This document shows positions 48,562-57,643 of a stretch of DNA of 64,000 bases, in pieces (within the stretch, counting starts at the first letter, position 1; every line of letters starts with the position of its first letter). Source of the stretch: Nitrososphaerota archaeon (lineage in GTDB: Archaea > Thermoproteota > Nitrososphaeria > PSMU01). Location: contig PSMU01000001.1 of the NCBI GenBank assembly GCA_040290255.1, positions 160,001-224,000 of the forward strand. Direction: 5' to 3'. The notes beneath the pieces were generated by a model. That model saw nothing but the letters and a program-made list of their open reading frames with translations. It was not told the origin of the DNA and searched no databases. A program made the position numbers and the translations under genes.

Positions 48562-49188
48562 CTAATCCTTAGGGCTCGCCGCTATGTAGCTCACCGATTC
48601 GCCGATATACTTCGCGTGGTCCGCTATCCTCTCCAGGTAGCGAAGCATCAGCGAGCCGGAGAGGATGCACCTCACATCTGCATCCCTTGAGGCCAGGGCC
48701 CTCTTCAGGTGCTCCAGGTAGATCTTGTCTATCTCATCGTCCATGGCCTCCAGCCTCTTGGCCATCGTGGCGTCCCTCTCGGCAAAGGCCTGCGCGCTCA
48801 GCCTTATCATCTCCTTCACGCGCTCGGCCGCGGCCCGCGCATCGGCCTTGTCGCAGGAGGAGATGTCGCCGCAGAGGTCCAGGGCCACCATGATATCGTA
48901 GGCATACCTGCTCATGCGCCAGAAGCCGTAGGCGATCTCCATGCAGGACTTTATGAACCTCAGGTCCGAGGCGACGGGCTGAAACCTGGCGATGAGCTCG
49001 ACGGCCACTTCGCTCGCCTCCTCCTGAAGGTGCCTGAGCCTCTGGGCCACGCTCAGCGCCTCATCGGGCTTCCCCCTACCCCTCATGTAGGCCTCTATCG
49101 CCGTGTCCACGCTCCTCTCCGAGAGCTGGGCCATCTCCAGTATGAGCGCCCTGAGCCGCTCCAGGCCTATGTCCATGAGCCTCGACAA
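48562..49188 (-). CDS. phoU: Phosphate transport regulator PhoU
   Basis: IARFQPVASDLR, DDEID, RYLERIADHA..I.E; start TTG 49188 or ATG 49176. Confidence 0.9.
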   Translation of the reverse strand: MSRLMDIGLERLRALILEMAQLSERSVDTAIEAYMRGRGKPDEALSVAQRLRHLQEEASEVAVELIARFQPVASDLRFIKSCMEIAYGFWRMSRYAYDIMVALDLCGDISSCDKADARAAAERVKEMIRLSAQAFAERDATMAKRLEAMDDEIDKIYLEHLKRALASRDADVRCILSGSLMLRYLERIADHAKYIGESVSYIAASPKD

Positions 49189-49189
49189 G

Positions 49190-49954
49190 CTAGCCCACCC
49201 TCCCCGTGACGTACAGCTCCGTGAGCCTATGCCTGGGGCTGGTGAAGAGCTGCGCCGCCTCGCCCACCTCCACCACCTCACCTCCGTACAGGAAGGCTAT
49301 AAAGTCCGAGACCCTGGCGGCCTGCTGGGGCACATGCGTCACTAGGATCACGGTGTACTCCTGCTTGAGCTCGCGCATGAGCGCCTCTATCTTGCTCGTG
49401 GCCACGGGGTCTACGGCCGAGGTCGGCTCGTCCATCATTATTACTTCTGGGTTCAGCGCCAGGGCCCTGGCGATGCAGAGCCTCTGCTGCTGTCCGCCCG
49501 AGAGCCTGGAGGCCTTCTTGCCCAGCTCCTCCTTCACCTCATCCCAGAGCGCGGCCTTCCTCAGCGCCTCCTCCACGCGCCTGCGCAGCTCCTCTCCCCT
49601 CGCGATGCCGTTGACCCTCAGCGCAAAGGCCACGTTATCATAGATGCTCATGTGGGGGAAGGGGTTGGGTATCTGGAAGATGAGGCCCACCCTCCTCCTG
49701 AGCTCCAGGGGGCTCATGGAGAAGACGTCCGCCCCATCGAGGAGGATGCTGCCCTCCACCCTGGCATCGTGCTGAAGCTCGATCAGGCGGTTGATGCAGC
49801 GCAGCAGCGTGCTCTTGCCCGAGCCCGAGGGGCCCATGATCGTGAAGACGCAGCGCTTCGGCACCTCCAGGCTCACCTGCTTGAGCACCTGCTTGGGGCC
49901 CAGCCACACGCTCAGGCGCTGTATCTGCAGCGCGGGCGCTTCTCCCTGGCTCAT
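49190..49954 (-). CDS. pstB: Phosphate ABC transporter ATPase
   Basis: GPSGSGKST, FQ.PNPFP.MSIYDNV, LSGGQQQRLCIAR, DEPTS. Confidence 0.93.
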   Translation of the reverse strand: MSQGEAPALQIQRLSVWLGPKQVLKQVSLEVPKRCVFTIMGPSGSGKSTLLRCINRLIELQHDARVEGSILLDGADVFSMSPLELRRRVGLIFQIPNPFPHMSIYDNVAFALRVNGIARGEELRRRVEEALRKAALWDEVKEELGKKASRLSGGQQQRLCIARALALNPEVIMMDEPTSAVDPVATSKIEALMRELKQEYTVILVTHVPQQAARVSDFIAFLYGGEVVEVGEAAQLFTSPRHRLTELYVTGRVG

Positions 49955-50787
49955 CTCGAGCCCAGCCACCTGGCGGCCCTGGTGCCCATGAATATAAGCA
50001 GAACGAGCAGCGCCAAAACGAGGGAGCCGCCCCAGGCGACCTGGTGCCAGTTATCGTAGGGGCTCAGCGCGAAGAAGAAGATGAGCACGGGCAATCCCGA
50101 CGTGGGCGAGAGCGGCGAGGTGAGGTAGAGGTTGAAGGAGGTGGCCGTGGTGAAGAGCAGGGGCGCCGTCTCCCCCATGGCCTTGGCAAGGCCTATCAGG
50201 AAGGCCGTGAGCACGCCGCCCGCCGCGGCGCCCAGGAGCACCCTGACGGTGTGCCTCAGCCGAAGGCCCAGCGCCTCCGCCGCCTCGAGCAGCGACTGCC
50301 TGGGGGCCCTGAGCGCCTCGCTCACCTGCACCACCACGTAGGGCAGCATGACGAGCGAGAGCGCCACCGCCCCCGCCAGCGCGGAGAAGGTGCGCGTGGG
50401 CACCACGAGCAGGAGGTAGACCACGATGCCTATGACGATGGTGGGGAACTCGACCATGGCCTCAGCGAGCGCCCTGCTGAGGCGGGAGAGGCGTGAGTTA
50501 GGGTAAAGCGCAACATAGACCCCCGTGGCCAGGCCCAGGCCGCCCGCGAGGGCCAGCGCCAGGCCTGACATGAAGAGCGTGCCCTGAAGCGAGGGCCCCA
50601 CTCCGCCCAGGCCCTGGCCTGGAAGCGGGGGGAGCGCGGCCAGGAAGCGGGGGCCCACCTGCAGGAGCACGGGGAGCCCCTGCCGCACGACATCGCCCAG
50701 CATCCAGAGGAAGGGGAGGAGCGCGAGCAATGTGCCCGCGGCGCTGAGCAGCAGGGCCAGGGCGTCCTTAGCCCGCACCTCCCCCAC
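49951..50787 (-). CDS. pstA: Phosphate ABC transporter permease
   Basis: PTIVIG, EAA.ALG, GETAPLL; operon context. Confidence 0.9.
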   Translation of the reverse strand: MGEVRAKDALALLLSAAGTLLALLPFLWMLGDVVRQGLPVLLQVGPRFLAALPPLPGQGLGGVGPSLQGTLFMSGLALALAGGLGLATGVYVALYPNSRLSRLSRALAEAMVEFPTIVIGIVVYLLLVVPTRTFSALAGAVALSLVMLPYVVVQVSEALRAPRQSLLEAAEALGLRLRHTVRVLLGAAAGGVLTAFLIGLAKAMGETAPLLFTTATSFNLYLTSPLSPTSGLPVLIFFFALSPYDNWHQVAWGGSLVLALLVLLIFMGTRAARWLGSR

Positions 50788-51664
50788 CCCCTAGGATGCG
50801 CTTGAAGAGCGTCAGGAGCCCCAGGCCCAGCAGGAAGAGCAGGAGCGCGAGAGAGAAGAGCGCGGAGGCCTGCAGCGAGGGGTAGTAAGAGGAGCCGAAC
50901 TGGTTTACGATCAGGGCCGGTATCGTCAGGCCCGGGGCCAGGAGGCTCGCGGAGACGTTGAAGGCCCCGCCCACCGTCATGGCCACGGCCACGGTTTCGC
51001 CCATCGCCCTTCCCAGGGCAAGGGCCAGGCCCCCAAGGACCTGCGCCCTCGTGTAGGCGAGCGTGACCCTGATCGCCTCCCACTTCCCCAGGCCCAGCGC
51101 ATAGACGCCCTCCACCATCGCCCTGGGGGCCTGGGCATAGGCCTCCCTGATGAGCGAGGAGGCGAAGGGCGTGATCATGATGGCCAGGACGAGGCTCGCC
51201 AGCAGGTAGCTGGGCCCGTAGGGCCTGGTGGAGAAGAGCGGGATCCAGCCCAGCTGGCCGTAGAGCCAGCTGAAGAGCGTGCCCTTGAGCAGGGGGGCCA
51301 GGGAGAGGAGCCCCCAGAGGCCGAAGAGCACGGCCGGAAAGGAGGCGATCAGGTCGCCCACGTTCACGAGCACCGGCCTCAGCCAACGCGGCGAGAACTC
51401 GTTCGAGAAGACCGCCATGGAGAGGGCCAGGGGCATGGCCAGGCCCACCGCGATGGCGGTCACCACCAGGCTCCCGTAAATGGCCGCAAACCCCCCGTAA
51501 ACGTCCTCATACGGGCTCCAGCGGTTGCCCAGGTAGACGCCCAGCCCCAACTTTGAGAAGGCCTCCAGCGAGGCGAGCAGGAGCGCGAGCACGATTAGCG
51601 CGATGATGGAAATTAGGAGAAGGGGAGGAAGCGCCAGCGCGTTGAAGCGGGCCCTTGCCTCCAT
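50768..51664 (-). CDS. pstC: Phosphate ABC transporter permease
   Basis: P.V.FGLWG, LVLAIMI.P, LGRAMGETVAV. Confidence 0.9.
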   Translation of the reverse strand: MEARARFNALALPPLLLISIIALIVLALLLASLEAFSKLGLGVYLGNRWSPYEDVYGGFAAIYGSLVVTAIAVGLAMPLALSMAVFSNEFSPRWLRPVLVNVGDLIASFPAVLFGLWGLLSLAPLLKGTLFSWLYGQLGWIPLFSTRPYGPSYLLASLVLAIMITPFASSLIREAYAQAPRAMVEGVYALGLGKWEAIRVTLAYTRAQVLGGLALALGRAMGETVAVAMTVGGAFNVSASLLAPGLTIPALIVNQFGSSYYPSLQASALFSLALLLFLLGLGLLTLFKRILGGGGGAG

Positions 51665-51698
51665 CCCGCCGCCGGCCCGATGCTCATGCCTTTCTGCC

Positions 51699-52865
51699 TT
51701 ACGGCCAGAGCAGGAGATCCCTGACCGGCCTACCCTGGTAGCTCAGCGCGGCGTTCACCTGCTCTAGGAGCCTGCTGGCCAATGGGCTTGGCAGCGGGAT
51801 ATAGCCCTGCAGCACGATGCTATCGCTCTGGCCCGCGGTGAGGAGATACCGAAGCCAGAGGTATACGGCCGCGGCCTCCATGATGTTCGAGTAATGAGCC
51901 TTGCAGATGAGATAGCTGAAGGTGACAATGGGATAAGAGGAGTGGCCCGGCAGGTTCATGAAGAACGAAGTATAGTTGGACCAATCGGCGGTGATGCTGG
52001 GCAGGCGGCTCAGGTTCGCGCCGTTGAGGGCAGCGGCGACCGTTTCGCGGCTGGCGAAGACGGGCAGCCCGTCATGGTTGATGAGCTGTGCCGAGGGGAG
52101 GCTGCTGGCCGCGGCGTACTGATATTCCACATATCCTATCGAGAAGGGCGTCTGCTGCACCAGCGCGGCGACGCCTTCATTCCCCTTCCCGCCCAGGCCC
52201 GTGCCCAGCGCATCGACGGGCCAGCGCACTGTGAAGCCCGTGCCCACGCCGCTCCCCCTCCACTCCTCGGAGACCCCGTATAGGTACGTGGTGAAGGCGG
52301 CCGTAGTGCCGCTGCCGTCGCTCCTGTGGACCGCTATTATGCTCTCATGGGGCAGCGCGGTGCCCGGGTTGAGCTGCTTTATCCTCGGGTCATCCCAGAA
52401 GGAGATCCTGCCCAGGTAGATGGCCGCGAGCGCCTCGCCATTGAGGATAAGGGGGCTTGAGAGGCCCGGAAGGTTGTAGATGACCGCTATGCTCCCCACG
52501 ATGACGGGGACCGTGATTATGGAGCCGTAAAGCCTCACGGCCTCCTGGTACTTCTCCTTGGTCAGGGGGACATCGGAGGCGCCGCAGGTGTAGGTTCCTT
52601 GGAGAAAGCCGGAGACGCCGGCCCCGCTGCCCACCGAGCTGTAGGAGACAGGGATGCCCGCATAGTTCCAGCGGCTCACCCAAACTTGCATCTGCGGGTT
52701 AATGAAGCTCGCGCCGCCCATGACGAGGTTATACGAAACCTTGGAGGGGGCTATCCTGTCGGAGGGCGCGGGGCTCGATCTTGCCAAAAGTGAGTAAGAG
52801 ACCGCCGCGGCCGCGGTAAGGATGAGCACGACGGCCACCAGAGCTAGCCTGGAGATTCCCTTCAC
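51699..52865 (-). CDS. pstS: Phosphate-binding protein
   Basis: GASF..P, Y.SVGSGAG, ASD, HRSDGSGTT..FT.YL, GKGNEGV, IGYVE, YPI. Confidence 0.92.
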   Translation of the reverse strand: MKGISRLALVAVVLILTAAAAVSYSLLARSSPAPSDRIAPSKVSYNLVMGGASFINPQMQVWVSRWNYAGIPVSYSSVGSGAGVSGFLQGTYTCGASDVPLTKEKYQEAVRLYGSIITVPVIVGSIAVIYNLPGLSSPLILNGEALAAIYLGRISFWDDPRIKQLNPGTALPHESIIAVHRSDGSGTTAAFTTYLYGVSEEWRGSGVGTGFTVRWPVDALGTGLGGKGNEGVAALVQQTPFSIGYVEYQYAAASSLPSAQLINHDGLPVFASRETVAAALNGANLSRLPSITADWSNYTSFFMNLPGHSSYPIVTFSYLICKAHYSNIMEAAAVYLWLRYLLTAGQSDSIVLQGYIPLPSPLASRLLEQVNAALSYQGRPVRDLLLWP

Positions 52866-52964
52866 GGCCAGCCTCCCGGCCCCCCTGATATAAGCAAGTC
52901 GCATGTGAAACTAGTAAATTCATTTCTGAATATATTTATTAGGCGCTGATATATACCAAGGCTC

Positions 52965-54035
52965 ATGAGCGAGGAGGGGGAGCTCAGGAGGCTGCAGCGC
53001 TCGGGCAGGTCTTCGTACATCTTGGTCCTGCCCAAGAGATGGGTGGAGGAGGCTCGGCTGAAGGAGGGCAAGAGCGTATATGTGGCCAAGCAGGCCGATG
53101 GCTCGCTGCTGATATCGCCCTATGGGCCCCTCTCGAAGCCCTCGATGGGCGAGGCGCAGATAGAGCTTAGGCAGGGCGACGACGCCAACGCCATCATCAG
53201 GAAGATCATTTCGGCGTATCTGCACGGCTACAGCGCCTTCTACGTCAGGGCCAAGGGGGCGAGGCTAGGGCTCGCGCAGCGGATGACCGTGAAGGAGACG
53301 ATCCGAAGGTACCTGATAGGGGCCGAGGTCGTCTCGGAGTCGGCCGAGGGCGTGGTGGCGCAGGTGCTGGTCAGCTACCCGGAGCTGGACGTGGAGGGGG
53401 CGCTGCGAAGGATGGCCCTCATAGCGCGGAATATGCACAAGGATGCCCTCGATGCGCTGAGGAGGCTCGACAGGGAGCTGGCCGAGGCCGTCATAAGGGC
53501 GGATGATGAGGTGGATAGGTTCGCGCATTACGTGGACAGGCAGCTGAACTTGGCCGTACAGCTCCACGGCCTGCTGAGGGAGCTGGGCCTCAGGTCGCCG
53601 AAGGACTGCCTCAGCTACAAGCTGATAGCGAAGAGCGTGGAGAGGGTCGCGGACCACGCTTCACAGCTGGCCTCCATAGGGCTGAGCCTAAGGGAGGGGC
53701 TGAGCCCGAAGCTGCTCGAGGCCCTCGGGCAGCTGAGCGAGGGCTCGCTGGAGGTCTTCGGCGGGGCGATGGAGGCCCTGTACAAGAGGAGCTATGAGGC
53801 GGCGGAAAGCATCGTGGGCGCCGCGAAGAGCGTCGCGCGCCAGGGCGAGCAGGCCATTGCGGAGCTCAGCCTGGGCGAAACGGACCTGCGCTGGGCCCGC
53901 GTTATACTGGAGCATATAAGGCGCACGGCCGAGTATGCGAGCGATATAGCCGAAGCGGTGCTGAACCTGACGGCCGAGGGCATCGTCGTGAAGGCGCTCG
54001 GGCCGAGGGAGCAGGCCCTAGCGCGGGGCCCCTAG
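52965..54035 (+). CDS. AbrB-PhoU phosphate uptake regulator
   Basis: N-terminal R.LQ.SG.SSYIL.LPK.W (AbrB) plus two PhoU repeats (DDEVDRF, ERVADH, R.AEY.SDIAE). Confidence 0.9.
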   Translation: MSEEGELRRLQRSGRSSYILVLPKRWVEEARLKEGKSVYVAKQADGSLLISPYGPLSKPSMGEAQIELRQGDDANAIIRKIISAYLHGYSAFYVRAKGARLGLAQRMTVKETIRRYLIGAEVVSESAEGVVAQVLVSYPELDVEGALRRMALIARNMHKDALDALRRLDRELAEAVIRADDEVDRFAHYVDRQLNLAVQLHGLLRELGLRSPKDCLSYKLIAKSVERVADHASQLASIGLSLREGLSPKLLEALGQLSEGSLEVFGGAMEALYKRSYEAAESIVGAAKSVARQGEQAIAELSLGETDLRWARVILEHIRRTAEYASDIAEAVLNLTAEGIVVKALGPREQALARGP

Positions 54036-54151
54036 GCCCTCTCTTTGGCGCCAGCGCAGGGTCACCATGGCGAAAGCTCAGCCAACCATGGCCGCCAGGG
54101 TCCTAAAGGAGAGCCCACAGCTAATTAACCCGCGAGGTAGGCCTTGGCGGC

Positions 54152-54943
54152 TTGGTGCTGGTATCGCCCCAGCTGGTAAAGGAGAAGGTAAAGGGGAACA
54201 CGAAGCTGGAGAGGGCGCTGCAGTTCCTGGAGCAGGACGAGGAGGTGCAGGCCTACCTCAACCTCTGCAACGACATGGTCGTGAAGCGGCTCTTCTATAA
54301 TGACCACGGGCCCGTGCACTCGCGGATCGTAGCTGGCGCGGCGCTGGAGATCCTGGAGCTGCTGAACGGGGCGGGCATAAGGCCCTCTATCATGGTGGAG
54401 GGCGGCTACGGGCTAGAGGATGCCCAGCTGGTCGTCCTGCTCGGCGCCTACCTGCACGATATTGGCAACATGATACACAGGGACTTTCACCACGTGACGG
54501 GCACCTACCTGGCCCTGGGCCTGCTGGGCCGCTGCCTGCCCCAGCTCTACGAGGATAGGAGGAGGATGTACAAGGTGCAGCAGGAGGTGCTGCACTGCAT
54601 CCTTGCCCATGACGAGTCGCTGAGGGCGCTCACCGTGGAGGCGGGCGTGGTGAAACTCGCGGACGGCACGGATATGGCCGAGGGCAGGGCTAGGATACCC
54701 TACAGGGCGGGCAAGTCGGACATTCACTCGGTCTCCGCCCTGGCCATCAGGCGGGTGGACATAGTCAGGGGCGAGGAGAGGCCGATAGAGGTGGTGGTGA
54801 ACATGGACAACGAAGCGGGCCTCTTTCAGGTGGAGGAGGTCTACGGCAAGAAGATCGCCACCTCGGGCCTGGCCCAGTACATCCTGGTCAGGATGATGAA
54901 GGAAGGGAGGCTCTTCAAGGTCTTCAGGCTGGACAGACATTAG
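54152..54943 (+). CDS. HD-superfamily phosphohydrolase
   Basis: YNDHG.VH, LHDIG..HR..H, HD, ADG.DM..GR.R, IH..SA. Confidence 0.87.
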   Translation: MVLVSPQLVKEKVKGNTKLERALQFLEQDEEVQAYLNLCNDMVVKRLFYNDHGPVHSRIVAGAALEILELLNGAGIRPSIMVEGGYGLEDAQLVVLLGAYLHDIGNMIHRDFHHVTGTYLALGLLGRCLPQLYEDRRRMYKVQQEVLHCILAHDESLRALTVEAGVVKLADGTDMAEGRARIPYRAGKSDIHSVSALAIRRVDIVRGEERPIEVVVNMDNEAGLFQVEEVYGKKIATSGLAQYILVRMMKEGRLFKVFRLDRH

Positions 54944-54973
54944 GGATAAAAGGGCGCCTCCGCCAAAACGCCC

Positions 54974-55708
54974 GTGCAGGCGGCCGAGGTGTCGGTGGTG
55001 ATCTCCGAGCGCAGCTTCTCGCCGCGAAGGCCCTATCTTGTGGTGGGGGTGCCCGAGGCGGGGCTGGTGGGCTCCATAGCCGCCTCCTACATGGCCCAGA
55101 GGCTGGCGCTGCCCGAGGTGGGCTACCTGGACTCCGACCTCTTCCCTCCTATCGTCGTAGTTCACGACGGCGAGCCCCGTTCCCCCTTCAGGATCTTCGG
55201 CAGGGAGGACCTAGTAATCGTGAACGCGGAGGTGCCGGCCTCGCCCGAGCTCTACTCGCCCATCGCCCAGGCGCTCACCGCATGGGGGCGGGACCTTCAG
55301 AGCCCGCTGATGATAGGCATGACGGGCCTACCCTCCAGGCAGCGGCTCGAGGTGGAGAGGCCCAGGGTCTTCGCGCTCAGCAGTTCGCCCGAGGTGAGGG
55401 AGAGCTTCAGGAGGGCGGGGAGCGAGGCCTTCCAGGAGGGCTTCTTGGTGGGCTTCTACGCGCAGCTGATGAGGGCCTGCCTTAAGGCCGGCCAGCCTAA
55501 CCTCACGCTCCTGGCCGAATCCCATCTGCAGTTCCCCGACCCGGGGGCGGCGGCGGGCATCGTGGCCCAGCTGAGCGCCTACCTCTCGCTGGGCCTGGAC
55601 GTGAGCCCCCTCATCGAGGAGTCGGAGCAGATAAGGCTTCGCACGAGGGAGCTGATGAACAAGACACTGGAGAGCATGTCGAAGGTCGCCTCCGGACTGT
55701 ACGCATAG
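54974..55708 (+). CDS. PAC2-family proteasome assembly chaperone
   Basis: G.P.AGLVGSIA, FPP......G....P.RI, FPDP.AA, L.EE. Confidence 0.87.
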   Translation: MQAAEVSVVISERSFSPRRPYLVVGVPEAGLVGSIAASYMAQRLALPEVGYLDSDLFPPIVVVHDGEPRSPFRIFGREDLVIVNAEVPASPELYSPIAQALTAWGRDLQSPLMIGMTGLPSRQRLEVERPRVFALSSSPEVRESFRRAGSEAFQEGFLVGFYAQLMRACLKAGQPNLTLLAESHLQFPDPGAAAGIVAQLSAYLSLGLDVSPLIEESEQIRLRTRELMNKTLESMSKVASGLYA

Positions 55709-55712
55709 AGGC

Positions 55713-56126
55713 ATGAGCCAGGAAGAAGGAGCCCCTAGGAGGGTGGAGAGGATGATGGAGGAAGCATATGGGGGCATCAGCTCGGACCTCTGCGAGCCTT
55801 CGGAGGGCTGCCTAAAGCCGCTGTACAGGATAGAGGTCGATGAGAACTACGTCACCGTGACCTTCGATATGCCGGGCGCGAAGAAGGATGAGATAAGGGT
55901 GAGCGCGACCGAGGAGATGCTGGCCGTGGAGGCCAGGCTCGTCGAGCCCGTGGCGCTGATGATGGGCGGTCCGCTTCAGAGAAAGGTGAGCTTCACGAAA
56001 TACATGAGGAGGATAAGGCTGCCGGCGAAGGTCGACCCGGAGAGGGCCTCCGCCACCTACAGCAAGGGCCTGCTGTCGATAAGGTTCCCCTTAGAACGAG
56101 GGGGCAAGGCCATCAGCATCGAGTAG
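55713..56126 (+). CDS. Small heat-shock protein (Hsp20)
   Basis: DMPG..K..I.V, I.LP..VDP....A.Y..GLL.I. Confidence 0.88.
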   Translation: MSQEEGAPRRVERMMEEAYGGISSDLCEPSEGCLKPLYRIEVDENYVTVTFDMPGAKKDEIRVSATEEMLAVEARLVEPVALMMGGPLQRKVSFTKYMRRIRLPAKVDPERASATYSKGLLSIRFPLERGGKAISIE

Positions 56127-56156
56127 CTGGCTTAACGGGAGGCGGGGCGGGGGCAA

Positions 56157-56268
56157 TAGCGGGGGTTCTCCCCTGCGGCTACAGGTGTGGATTTGAATTC
56201 GGCGCCCTAGGCTCCACCGACCTCCGGGTTATGAGCCCGGCGGGGTAACCTGGCTCCCCTACCCCGCT
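56157..56268 (-). tRNA. Initiator tRNA-Met (CAT) with two introns (53/54: 56198-56213; 64/65: 56166-56186)
   Basis: Removing both inserts gives a perfect 75-nt cloverleaf with A1-U72, GGG/CCC anticodon stem, CTCATAA loop and TTCAAAT T loop; both inserts form BHB-like motifs. Confidence 0.93.
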
Positions 56269-56308
56269 GGCGCCCAAGCGGGCCCCCTCTAATATAGGCC
56301 TTTCGGTG

Positions 56309-56788
56309 CTACTCGCTTATCAGGCGCACCCTCCCGTGGTCCATCTCATACCTCAGCAGCAGCGCATACCTGCCCCATTCGACGATCCAGAGGAAGAGCC
56401 TCTCGGGGTCCACGTCGGGCATCTCCCGCCTGAGCAGGGCCAGGAGCAGCTCCTTCTGGACCTCGCCATCCTTCTTGGAGATATAGCCCAGGACCTGCTT
56501 GAAGGGAGGCAGCGCGGCCAGGATCCTGTTGAGGAGCCTCTTCCTGCCCCTCGAGTCACAGGAGAGCAGTTTCTTGCCCTTATCGGTGAGCTCCAGGTCC
56601 CCGTCGCTCACCTTCAGCAGGCCCAGGAACTCGGCCGCGTTCACGACGGGCAGGAGGCTGTCGACGGACATCACCAGGTCGTTGGAGACGAGCGCCATGT
56701 CCACCCTGCCGCCGTAATCCTCGAGCACCTCAAGTAGCCCTATGACCTGGCCGATATGCACGGAGGAGATCGAGGGGATGTCGGCCAT
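56309..56788 (-). CDS. Stand-alone AAA-associated C-terminal domain protein of NitT/TauT-type ABC ATPases
   Basis: GLLE.L...GG..D......D.LLP...AA..LG......GD..LT..G; C-terminal WGRYA.L..Y. Confidence 0.8.
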   Translation of the reverse strand: MADIPSISSVHIGQVIGLLEVLEDYGGRVDMALVSNDLVMSVDSLLPVVNAAEFLGLLKVSDGDLELTDKGKKLLSCDSRGRKRLLNRILAALPPFKQVLGYISKKDGEVQKELLLALLRREMPDVDPERLFLWIVEWGRYALLLRYEMDHGRVRLISE

Positions 56789-56853
56789 CTTGCTGGTTCT
56801 TCCTGATGCTTCGCTTCAGCGCTTAATTAACTTTAACCGTGGCGCGCCCATAG

Positions 56854-57633
56854 CTATACGGGTCCCAGCGCGGGCCCTCCCGCGAGCAGGGAGGTGACCT
56901 CATCGGCGATCGCGTACAGCTCCTGGCTCTTCGGGTCCCTGGGCCTCTTGAGCGGCACGGGCACCTCCTTGAGGATCGTGCCGGGCCTGGGCGTCATGAC
57001 CAGGATGCGGTCGGCCATGTACACGGCCTCCATGATGTTATGTGTCACCATCAGTATGCTGCTGGGGGGCCTGCTCCTATCCTCCCAGAGGTCCAGCACC
57101 TCCTCCCTCAGGTGAGAGGCGGTGAGCACGTCGAGGCTGGAGAAGGGCTCATCCATCAGCAGGACCTCGGGGTCCGAGACGAGCGCCCTAGCCAAGCCCA
57201 CCCTCTGCTTCATGCCCCCCGACAGCTCGCGCGGGTAGGCCTCCTCAAACCCCTCAAGGCCCACGAGCCTTATAGCCCTGAGGGCCCTCTCCCTCCTCTC
57301 CTCCTTGGAGAGGGGCTTGCCCTCCAGGCCCAGCTGCACATTCTCATACACGGTGAGCCAGGGAAAGAGGGCGAAGTTCTGAAAGACGAAGGCCATCTCG
57401 CCGCAGACGCCCTGCACGGGCCTGCCCTTATAGTACACCGCCCCCTCGCTGGGCTGCACCAGCCCTATGATGATCCTGAGCAGCGTGGACTTGCCGCAGC
57501 CCGAGGGCCCTATGATGCAGACGAACTCGTTCTCCTGCACGGCCATGTTCACATGCTCGAGCACCACCAGCGGGGGCTGGCCGGGCCTATAGTAGGCCTT
57601 CGTGACGTTCTCCACCAGCACCAGGGGCGCCAA
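56854..57633 (-). CDS. NitT/TauT-family ABC transporter ATPase
   Basis: GPSGCGKST, FQNFALFPW, YPRELSGGM.QR, MDEPFS.LD, VTH. Confidence 0.92.
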   Translation of the reverse strand: MAPLVLVENVTKAYYRPGQPPLVVLEHVNMAVQENEFVCIIGPSGCGKSTLLRIIIGLVQPSEGAVYYKGRPVQGVCGEMAFVFQNFALFPWLTVYENVQLGLEGKPLSKEERRERALRAIRLVGLEGFEEAYPRELSGGMKQRVGLARALVSDPEVLLMDEPFSSLDVLTASHLREEVLDLWEDRSRPPSSILMVTHNIMEAVYMADRILVMTPRPGTILKEVPVPLKRPRDPKSQELYAIADEVTSLLAGGPALGPV

Positions 57634-57643
57634 GGGCGCTCAC

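Noticed and set aside
54036-54125. Possible H/ACA RNA (imperfect stem followed by ACA)
   Set aside because: Lower stem pairs poorly; no K-turn or guide pocket identified
56100-56310. tRNA as an integration site for a mobile element
   Set aside because: No integrase, no duplicated tRNA fragment, and housekeeping genes on both sides
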